Below are positions 9,001-14,154 of a stretch of DNA of 64,000 bases, piece by piece. The stretch lies in the IMG/VR virus record IMGVR_UViG_3300033177_000001. One strand, 5' to 3'. Source of the stretch: an uncultured virus (IMG/VR IMGVR_UViG_3300033177_000001). Taxonomy: Duplodnaviria; Heunggongvirae; Uroviricota; Caudoviricetes. The position numbers and the translations under genes are program-made. Below the pieces are notes generated by a model. It did not search any database. It was given only the letters and a program-made list of their open reading frames with translations, and had not been told where the DNA came from. The first letter of the stretch is position 1. The number at the start of each line of letters is the position of its first letter.

Positions 9001-11912
9001 TGATCAAGACGAAAGACGACTACGACTTTCCGACGGCGATGCACGAGGTCGGGCATCATCTGATGAAGGAGTTGAAGCTGAATACCGGGTTGCCGAAGGG
9101 GACGATGAAGGAGCTTGAGGCGCTCGGGAAGCAGACGGCGCGTCCGGGGGCCGCGCAGGATGTAGTGCTGGCGGAGGGCGTGGCGCAGTTCGTGCAGTAT
9201 TACATCATCAACAAGGCTGCGGCGAAGGCGTCGGCTCCGATATTCTTTGTGGAGTTCGAGTCGAGGCTGGACGGCGCGGATGCGAAACTCATCGAGGACT
9301 TTGGCGATTTGCGCGACGCGGTATCGGCCTTTTACGAGTCGTCGCCGGAAAGCCGTGTGCTGGCGCATGTGCGGAGCGCTGGAGAGAAGAAGCCGTATTC
9401 GAAGACGTTGGTTTCGTCGAGGTTGAAACGCGCCATATTCAAGTCCTACGAGGGGCTTGTGGACAACAAGCACTCGTGGAACCTCCTGACGGAGTGGATA
9501 AAGGATACTCCGGAGGGGAAGAAGGAGATGGCGAACAACGGCGGTTTTCTGCCGGATAGGTTGGACTTCTACGCGCAAGTGTCGACGCTCGCTGGATATA
9601 TGAAGCAGGCGGACAAGGACGTGGATGGGATGATGGCGCTGGTCGGGAAGTTGACGAAGAAGGAGTACGACCAGCTTACGGCGTATGCGGTGTCGTTGCA
9701 GAGCATCGAATACTACGACAACGACATGAATCCCGGCACGGGGCCGAGGAGCGATCACGAGGCCGTCGTGGCGAATACACCGCAGCATATCAAGGATGTG
9801 CTGAAGGGCGTGCAGGACATCTACAACAATATGGTGAAGGAGACGCTGCTGGATACGGGCGTCATTTCTCAGGAAGGGTTCGACGCGATGCGGGCGAAGT
9901 GGGAGAACTACGTTCCGTTCATGCGCGATTTGGACGAGGACGGGTTCATCGACTGGTTGACGAAGGGCGCGCCGAAGAACGGGGCGAATCTTCGTTCGTA
10001 TGTGGATGTGCGCAATCCGTTCATGAAGCGTTACGGCGTGGCAGAGCACGAGCGGACGGAGATTTTCGATCCGTTCGAGGTGATGATCCACAATGCGGTG
10101 GTGTTTCACGGGATCAAGAGCCGGAATGATTTCGCCAAGCTGGTCGTGGACGCGGCGAACAGTCTGAAGGGGTTCGGATGGCTGGCGTCGAAGTCGGAGG
10201 CGATGTCGAAGGCCGATATGAAGGAGCACGCCGTGTTCTACGTGTGGCGCGACGGACAGAAGGAATACTACTCGACGGACCCGGAGCTGTACGTGCTGCT
10301 GAAGGGGATGTACGATTCCGGAAGCAAGGCGGGAAACCCCTTCATACGGGGAGCGCTGTCGTGGATGCAGTTCGCCGCCGACGTGTTCAAGATGGGGACG
10401 ACGCGCTACAACCCCGCGTTCATGCTGCTGAATTTCCTGCGGGACGCGCAGGGAACGGCGATTCAGTCCGAGGGGTGGGCGATGCCGTTCGTGGCGACGA
10501 TCAAGGGGCTGATGTTGCAGCTCTCGAACGATCCGGCACACAAGAAACTCATCGAGGACGCGATCGACGACGGCGTGTTCTATTCCGCCATCACGTCGCT
10601 TCCGAAGGGGACGAGCATCAAGGCTATCGCCAAGGAGCTTCGGCGTCAACGGAGGCTGGCGTCTTCGACAGGGATTGCCCGCACACTGCGGAACCTCATG
10701 GAAACTCCGAGAAGCGTCGGCGGATGGGTCGGCAGAGCAAATGAAATGATAGAAATGGCTCCGAAGTTGTACGAGTATGAGTACTTGCGCAGGACGAAGC
10801 CGAAGATGGGCGGGAAGCGCGCGGCGATGAAGGCGCGGAGCGTGAACATCGACTTCGGGCGCGCAGGTACGTGGGGTCGCGGATTCAACTCGGTGACGGC
10901 GTTTTTCAATGCCGGAGTGCAGGGGTTGGACAAGGTGCGCGAGGTGTCGAAGCAGCGTCCGATGCAGACGTTCGCGAAGGTGATGCTGTATCAGGTGCTT
11001 CCCTCCATAATGATGAGACTGGCGATTCTGTCCAATCCGGACGACGAAGAGAAGTACCAGCGCATCGCTCCGGGGATGCGTGATACGCACTTCTTCATTC
11101 CGGTGCAGAACGAGACGCTTGGGATGAATGTGTGGACGCGCCTGCCGAAAGCGGATAACTGGTGGATTATTTCGGCGGTGTTCGAGCGGATGATCACGGA
11201 GGCCGCGAAGAAAGACCCGGAGGCGTGGCGCGGGTTCGCCGATTCGGTTGTGAATCTGCTTCCTCCGTATGTGCCGACGATGATCGCGCCGATAATCCAG
11301 GTATGGAGGGGCAAAGATTCCTTTACGGATAGGCCTATCGTTTCGAAGAGATATGAACATCGTCCGGACGAGTTGCAGTTCCATACCGGCACGTCGGAAA
11401 CGGCGAAGCTGCTCGGGAAGGTGACGAAAACCTCTCCGATCATGCTGGAGTTCATGTACGACAAGCACGTCGGCGAAGTGGGCGCGCAGGTTCTTTCGCT
11501 CGCGGAGTGGACGTTCGATATGGTGGGAACCGGAATGGGGCTGGTGGACGAGAAGACGAAGATGGAGGCCGGGAAGGCGAGCGACCTGCCGTTCTTCAAG
11601 CGGTTCTTCTACGACACGACGCGGACCGGAGAACCGTTGAACAGGTTCTATTCGTACCATGATCAGTTGCTCGACGACAAGAAGCGCGCGGACGCGGCAG
11701 GAACGACGTTCGAGGACGAAGGGCTGCTGAAGGCGTTCAATAAGACGCGGGCGAAGTTCACCGAGATCAACAGGGAGAAGGACGATATCCGTCTTGATCC
11801 GGACTTGTCGCGGAAGGACAAGCGCGAGTTGATCGACATGCTGGAGAACAGGGCTGCTGAATACGCGAAGGCGGCGATGGCGGTGTACTACGAGCGGAAG
11901 GGTATCGAATAG
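3..11912 (+). CDS. Giant DarB-like large polyvalent protein: adenine MTase + SNF2-type helicase + ParB-like + MuF-C-like + two zincin motifs + LPD38-like C-terminus; 5' end lies outside the window
   Basis: MTase motifs VLEPTVGVGNF and IGNPPF; helicase motifs DHVVGLGKT, VVDEAHEFKN, ATGTP, QREGRIIRQGN; HEAMH and HEVGH; frame open from position 3. Confidence 0.85.
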   Translation: MQQEAVNAPSQLLDRILAEPTINKRIEIIDGATKEELVSALASRGKEFKPNAGAGMLRSHLKRAVALEGMKGADVQKFAKQNGLKVGKMKKGDVSNAVLDMVAPRRGEDVDANPFGVKAIVVDPRKGTGLEAVVEATQASEPSVKMDTQDGVESEQSESAKEAWRVRRDDWVDGRYRSPGMHRYAVQQALEKGENVPAEVLSDYPEFMTSKIQIPELIDKGVELSNEEVGVDDGAGDDAGNAGLLAEGVSGEIQDDTEGRGDEAGESTRQPDADGDGRAEAGESESDGRDGVVGVETPVLHEESGDGRGGSRPRSGDGGRVQESVGEQREESAPAPSRPGQSPEAVEETTRSGAKRDGKRSGITEIAGENPGNFVIGPDFALGEGTDAEKIQRNVDALKVLKRVKNENRFPTRDEQSVMARYVGWGGLPGVFDPKNANANTMFGKAQRELSALLTQEEYNSAAISTQNAHYTSRCVVDAMWRMVRHFGFKGGRVLEPTVGVGNFLGLQPTDMAASTEWHASELDAVSGELAAMLYPDAHILAAKGFEDAAFADGAFDLAIGNPPFGAMPIHGGLKKHLSGMKIHNYIISKSGEHLRPGGVMMMVVTHRFLDTENAEARSHLAKQFKFLGAVRLPNDAFKKNAGTEVVTDIIMLQKLRPGEEADMGAAWLDVNGSIDVDGNAVRVNRYYEEHPSHILGRSATDGKMYARGAGNEYTVHSDGRDVAKSIDDLIATDFVNLSGILTPTNADLNLGAAMLERSSLPIGGLLLDANGRVLRREMNDDAGNAVIEEITAETLWKDKAREWEAVVDVLRDIRDKNLKGDVYGVLEPNIAVAYQTDGEKYASPDKYVEALYRIVDAAKEGEFEWRFDDEFNKIEAAYRRKQLGEKGLERLKGMLDLRNRVLALNAAELSDAPNIETLRADLNKAYDAFVKKFGFINNPNNIGLLEMDIGPESGLESSYKKGMGKEAAKKYGETKAIPDSATKADIFFTRVNYPVKEITSADNPADALKISLSERGMVDVAYMAKLTNQPADKVLDELMSGDNPQVFLNPETNDYEHADAYLSGNVKKKLEEAIIAGDERNITALRRVQPEPKTARQITPSIRSAWIPESVFVEFLEALGGQGVTVTVSPSVGRVDASIARYGHTPFGEIYTNRDGKSIEDLFNSVAAGRSIEVTKKDSDGKTVSDPEGSERMNTLARRMGQDFERWAFSDEDRTKTIVDAFNEKMNTHVRRKFDGVSYLNTVGLTPSLKLRNAQKNAAWRMIQSRTMLHDHVVGLGKTFSNIVGVMERKRLGLSRKPLIVVPNHLVIQWASDFYKAYPNAKILAATKDDFSKKNRRKLFARMATGNFDAIIVGHSSFEFIAQPDADAVSVMREQVALLRTALEEAKMGDGAASKRTVKAINNKIETYERKIKERLDKAGEKSDRIGNDEYSLDFKTLGIDYLVVDEAHEFKNLEYATMMDDVVGMNPTTGSAKAFDLYVKVRGLLERGGGVSFATGTPVSNSLVEIYTMMKYLAYDELKDRNQLFYDAWAGAYVQTETRAEYTPAQTLKMRNVLSGLTNLSSLQQLYQQFADSITLDKLKEIYREEMEERNRVSGENERTEFPVPKVKGGKRKLFVIPESENQRLVNEWLVTRMENMDPKDMKSDNMLYVMNDGRKAALDIRLLLPHSERDENGKVAQAAREIKRIYDEWNDKRGTQLVFCDMSTPTKYAEGKAREVLVKGLSFLHGEKKAREIVKAAAKRQNIARESREAQTVGEFERLWEGTRGQLVQMALSDTAINGLAKINLMEFLEKNDNIDTTMQMADVGFSVYDDLRKVLNEEYGIPLAEIEFIHDFEKDEQKDELFKKVQRGLVRVLVGSSSKMGAGMNVQNKLVALHHLDSPWRPSDIEQREGRIIRQGNEFYNADPDGFEVEIIAYSAQASNDAVMWQILERKAAGIEQFRSGEDIDVIKESSSDSDQFADAKTSSTGNPVYKQELEARRAYSEAQASSSGKLTAHSNAVNFLKRYDEEKARLEKKLGAVSKIDESHEDAARGKSVMAEIEASYKKERAEWEVVKGEAEAAIAVWQDAPQKTRGKKPEIPRQPREANILREEAQKELPYARRTKKALDDMLEIQGAEGKRRVIRFGKDFEIIFEREESPRTGTNLYDWNITFQKNGVVLAKEKYALADPRKSPSFLRTLDPRNIIRMAKSSAENTRMALEELSRKKTVSEQVAMTTPSTEDVDRARNVWEWYKAQVAFAEHRADTFRNDDAPNIFIDRDKRGLERRRSRGLGDTGTVVVDEIEYVLTGIHDNVETVASGMIPMFDAVRVHDNLPVILSSDEKRGFYVVMEQPASLREGGEETLYQMEDTDADYLAAVEAGDMETAQRMVDEALAETIESLPVSSNEEPVPNTDSIAASLSDYKTFGVREIPIGFLIDADNASMPTYFVGGKENTLRLADSIEREGVKSPMILVWENERYPYVLEGSTRYDALRVLAAQKRRLPDTVSALVVVDESADPVTYDDSGNVIPLSQRFDAGNEDVRYQRRLTPKSGSYRDNLKKDAAEFAVAVDDTVSGKGQPDSYVNVMTTPLVLSLVGADVLPVQMRRQKLLDVMNKHGLSSDVLKKIPAALADPIMVFKSDLKAKGESLVVMLDLTDDDGATIIAALHLDVVPGRNMYAMNRLASVYGKKDAVENRDAWFVEQIEKGNAKYINKKKSSQWFGRASFFFTGGANLESFITQSVATEADLVKLRNAYPGYYQGEGAEAKGSITFRRGTDARPEIRLFENADASTFMHEAMHFFVDDLLRQMNTGKASDETRALYRQLNNVANVTRDKNKNLILAEKEHEKLAVGFEAYLERGVAPKGAKGLQGVFEKFKQWLKELFSFARSNNVKMSDALVSFYDTMLTTPEERAAAENVKVEESVGTIEAAEVEADVNEGVETVEAEVVGEDETINFASTEGEKELAGQPRAWEAPRPSMNPEARALGLRRIRDLVKRLVPWRFGNTEDRTGVYSEREKLIKTKDDYDFPTAMHEVGHHLMKELKLNTGLPKGTMKELEALGKQTARPGAAQDVVLAEGVAQFVQYYIINKAAAKASAPIFFVEFESRLDGADAKLIEDFGDLRDAVSAFYESSPESRVLAHVRSAGEKKPYSKTLVSSRLKRAIFKSYEGLVDNKHSWNLLTEWIKDTPEGKKEMANNGGFLPDRLDFYAQVSTLAGYMKQADKDVDGMMALVGKLTKKEYDQLTAYAVSLQSIEYYDNDMNPGTGPRSDHEAVVANTPQHIKDVLKGVQDIYNNMVKETLLDTGVISQEGFDAMRAKWENYVPFMRDLDEDGFIDWLTKGAPKNGANLRSYVDVRNPFMKRYGVAEHERTEIFDPFEVMIHNAVVFHGIKSRNDFAKLVVDAANSLKGFGWLASKSEAMSKADMKEHAVFYVWRDGQKEYYSTDPELYVLLKGMYDSGSKAGNPFIRGALSWMQFAADVFKMGTTRYNPAFMLLNFLRDAQGTAIQSEGWAMPFVATIKGLMLQLSNDPAHKKLIEDAIDDGVFYSAITSLPKGTSIKAIAKELRRQRRLASSTGIARTLRNLMETPRSVGGWVGRANEMIEMAPKLYEYEYLRRTKPKMGGKRAAMKARSVNIDFGRAGTWGRGFNSVTAFFNAGVQGLDKVREVSKQRPMQTFAKVMLYQVLPSIMMRLAILSNPDDEEKYQRIAPGMRDTHFFIPVQNETLGMNVWTRLPKADNWWIISAVFERMITEAAKKDPEAWRGFADSVVNLLPPYVPTMIAPIIQVWRGKDSFTDRPIVSKRYEHRPDELQFHTGTSETAKLLGKVTKTSPIMLEFMYDKHVGEVGAQVLSLAEWTFDMVGTGMGLVDEKTKMEAGKASDLPFFKRFFYDTTRTGEPLNRFYSYHDQLLDDKKRADAAGTTFEDEGLLKAFNKTRAKFTEINREKDDIRLDPDLSRKDKRELIDMLENRAAEYAKAAMAVYYERKGIE
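697..1092 (+). CDS. Nested overlapping gene, helical protein loosely TnpV-like, inside the giant ORF in another frame
   Basis: SD GAGGAGGTG at 681-689 before ATG 697; globular-looking product while the host frame is low-complexity G/E/D/R. Confidence 0.6.
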   Translation: MTEQEMTQETLDFWRREYPEKFKTIPKEGAMRQARARASLTRMEMDALKRVNPNLTDEMAWSESRHLFCMKSPETDGEEVVLDPETEDAFKSLWGNRGRNLPPHLQDLDNRLKQLKRRQEAERSETASEAE

Positions 11913-11919
11913 GAGGACG

Positions 11920-11950
11920 AAGAGGCGGGGGAAACCCCGCCTCTTTCTTT
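11920..11950 (+). terminator. Rho-independent terminator
   Basis: AAGAGGCGGGG-GAAA-CCCCGCCTCTT then T-run, after the giant gene. Confidence 0.8.
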
Positions 11951-12124
11951 TGGGAATGATCTTTTGGGGAATGATCTTTTTGGGAATGATCTTTTTGGGA
12001 ATGTTCTTTTGGGGAATGATCTTTTTGGAAAGGCTCTTTTTGGAAAAGGTTCTTTCGGAAAGGCTCTTTTTGGAATGATCGTTTTGGGAAAGGTTCTTTT
12101 GGGAAAGGCTCTTTCGGGAAAGGC
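11946..12124. repeat. Degenerate 14-16 bp tandem repeat, about 12 units
   Basis: Units of type TCTTTTTGGGAATGA and TCTTTTGGGAAAGGC, contiguous with no spacers. Confidence 0.95.
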
Positions 12125-12135
12125 GGTGATGGAGT

Positions 12136-12378
12136 TTGCCTGTGGTTGCGAGACAGAATCAGGTGGCGGAGTACGAGACGCCGATAAGTTCCTCGAAATA
12201 CAACGAGGAGATCAATAATTTGTATCTCTACGTCAATCGGCTGATTAATCGCTTTCAGAGCGAGACGCCGCCGGAGAATCCGCTGGTGAACAACGTGTGG
12301 CTGGATACGTCCTCTGAACCTGCGGTGCTGCGGTCGTACAACGGCTCTACATGGGAGTGGGCTGGGGAAAGGATGTAG
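12136..12378 (+). CDS. Small protein paralogous to the N-terminal domain of the downstream tail fibre
   Basis: PISSSKYNEEINN..WLDTSSEPAVLRSYNGSTWEW vs PISSVKYNEEMDN..WLDTASDPAVLRRYDGSVWLW at 14155. Confidence 0.75.
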   Translation: MPVVARQNQVAEYETPISSSKYNEEINNLYLYVNRLINRFQSETPPENPLVNNVWLDTSSEPAVLRSYNGSTWEWAGERM

Positions 12379-12399
12379 TACCAGAATAAATAACAACGC

Positions 12400-12428
12400 T
12401 TGACAAAACTGCACACTTACCTTATCAT
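12400..12428 (+). promoter_or_regulatory. Sigma70-type promoter for tnpA, probably leaderless
   Basis: TTGACA-N17-TATCAT, ATG 6 nt downstream, no SD. Confidence 0.65.
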
Positions 12429-12434
12429 ACTAGC

Positions 12435-13040
12435 ATGAGATACTACTCGGTTGAAAAGGCAGCGGAACTGAGCGGGTTCCATCCCAACACGATAAGGAGG
12501 TGGGCAGACAATGGCACTATTCCAAGTTACAGAACAAAGGGGGGACACAGGCGCGTCTGTATCGACGACTACACCAAGCCACCGGACGCCCCCTCCGAAG
12601 AGAGAGTCACAATCTGCTACTGTCGAGTCTCAAGTCCGAAGCAGCGGGACGATCTTGAGCGACAATCCGAGTACATGCGAGAGCGATATCCCGACGCTGA
12701 AATCATCAAAGATATTGGCTCGGGAATCAATTTCAAACGGAAAGGATTGCGGACCATACTGGAACGAGCGATGCGCGGAACTGTCATCACGCTTGTGGTT
12801 GCCTACCGAGACCGTCTTGCAAGATTCGGGAGCCAGATCATCGAGTTTGTTGTACAGCAGTCCGGCGGAGAACTCGTGGTTCTTAACGAAGTTTCACTCT
12901 CACCAGAGCAAGAACTTACTACCGACTTGCTTACCATCCTTCACGTCTTTTCTTGTCGATTGCACGGACTCCGAAAATACCGGACTAAGATCGCGGAAGA
13001 TCAGGGTATATCCGGACTTCGAGCAGAGGAAGATTCTTAG
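12435..13040 (+). CDS. tnpA: IS607 transposase TnpA (MerR-type HTH + serine recombinase)
   Basis: HPNTIRRW..RTKGGHRR; YCRVSS..QRDDLERQ; DIGSG; RDRLARFG. Confidence 0.95.
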   Translation: MRYYSVEKAAELSGFHPNTIRRWADNGTIPSYRTKGGHRRVCIDDYTKPPDAPSEERVTICYCRVSSPKQRDDLERQSEYMRERYPDAEIIKDIGSGINFKRKGLRTILERAMRGTVITLVVAYRDRLARFGSQIIEFVVQQSGGELVVLNEVSLSPEQELTTDLLTILHVFSCRLHGLRKYRTKIAEDQGISGLRAEEDS

Positions 13041-14085
13041 ACACTGGTTCGGCGTTTCGAGGTACGTCTACAACAAGACGATTGAATATCTCAAGAAGCC
13101 GGATACCAAGGCGAACTGGATGGAAATAAAACTCTGGCTTCTGAAGGACTTGCCGGAGTGGTGCGACGGCGTTCCCTTCCAAGTCAAGTCCATCGCGGTC
13201 AAAGATGCGTGTCAAGCAGTGAAGAATGCCAAAGCCAGGTGGAAGAGAGAGAAACAATTCTCTATAGTTGGGTTCCGAAGCAGGAAGAATCCAAGCCAGA
13301 CAATATTTATCCCGAAGAGCGCGATGAATCCTACCAAGGGACCGTATTACACTATGCTTGGAGAGATGAGCTTTTCCGAAATCGTACCATCTCCGCAAGG
13401 AGATTGTCGTTTGACATACAGATCGGGAAGATGGTTCGTGACCGTGCCCGTGGAGACCGCCATAAAGACTGCCGAGAGCCAAGGCCGAGTGGTTTCCATC
13501 GATCCGGGAGTTCGCACGTTCACCACGTTCTATTCCCCCGACTGTTGCGGCAAGATCGGGACAGGAGATTTTTCACGGATTCAAAGGCTCTGCCATTATC
13601 TCGACGACCTCATTTCCAGAACACGCAAGGAGAAAAACAAGAACAGGCGATACCGGATGAAGAAGGCGCAGGCCCGTATGCGATGGAAGATCAAGGACTT
13701 GATCGACGAGTTGCATCATAAGGCTGCGCTCTTCTTCGTCCGCAACTTCGATGTGATTCTCATTCCGAAGTTCGAGACTTCACAGATGAGCAGGCGGTTG
13801 ACGAGGAAAATTCGAGCCAAGTCCGTCCGGAGTATGCTCACCTTCGCTCACTTCAGATTCCAGGAGTTCTTGAAGTTCAAGGCGTGGGAACACGGGAAGC
13901 TCCTGTTCAATGTGAATGAAGCGTATACATCGAAAACCTGTTCGTGGAACGGGAAGATCAAGAAGATAGGTGGAGCGAAGTTTATCAAGGATGATGGTGT
14001 CGTGGTGGATCGCGACTACAACGGCGCTCGCGGAATTTTCCTCCGTGGGCTTTGCGAGATTCAGCCTTCGCTCGAAGACGAGTGA
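12511..14085 (+). CDS. tnpB: TnpB RNA-guided nuclease, rearranged-RuvC type; true start uncertain
   Basis: KIRVYP; RuvC-I SIDPGVRTF; ILIPKFE and NEAYTSKTC; RuvC-III DRDYNGARGI. Confidence 0.9.
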   Translation: MALFQVTEQRGDTGASVSTTTPSHRTPPPKRESQSATVESQVRSSGTILSDNPSTCESDIPTLKSSKILARESISNGKDCGPYWNERCAELSSRLWLPTETVLQDSGARSSSLLYSSPAENSWFLTKFHSHQSKNLLPTCLPSFTSFLVDCTDSENTGLRSRKIRVYPDFEQRKILRHWFGVSRYVYNKTIEYLKKPDTKANWMEIKLWLLKDLPEWCDGVPFQVKSIAVKDACQAVKNAKARWKREKQFSIVGFRSRKNPSQTIFIPKSAMNPTKGPYYTMLGEMSFSEIVPSPQGDCRLTYRSGRWFVTVPVETAIKTAESQGRVVSIDPGVRTFTTFYSPDCCGKIGTGDFSRIQRLCHYLDDLISRTRKEKNKNRRYRMKKAQARMRWKIKDLIDELHHKAALFFVRNFDVILIPKFETSQMSRRLTRKIRAKSVRSMLTFAHFRFQEFLKFKAWEHGKLLFNVNEAYTSKTCSWNGKIKKIGGAKFIKDDGVVVDRDYNGARGIFLRGLCEIQPSLEDE

Positions 14086-14154
14086 TGCACAACAGGCTGC
14101 TTGATGGGTATTTTAATCAAGTATAGTTATGTAGAAAGGATCGGTGGTGAGCAT

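Larger units (their letters stand above)
12365..14144 (+). mobile_element. IS607-family element (tnpA + tnpB); ends approximate
   Basis: tnpA-tnpB pair; GG at both inferred junctions (GCTGGGG and GATCGG); GAAAGGAT near both ends; no terminal inverted repeats. Confidence 0.8.

Noticed and set aside
7200..11660. Long minus-strand ORFs (1486, 868, 660 aa; also 61878-63887, 57738-59399)
   Set aside because: Antisense shadows of GC-rich genes; no motifs, and the plus strand carries recognisable proteins
11946..12124. CRISPR array
   Set aside because: Units are contiguous 14-16 bp with no unique spacers; no cas operon
11964..12218. GNDLF/GKALF pentapeptide ORF
   Set aside because: By-product of the minisatellite; no SD; unit indels break the register
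12365..12434. IStron (group I intron fused to the IS)
   Set aside because: Only about 70 nt upstream of tnpA, too short for an intron core
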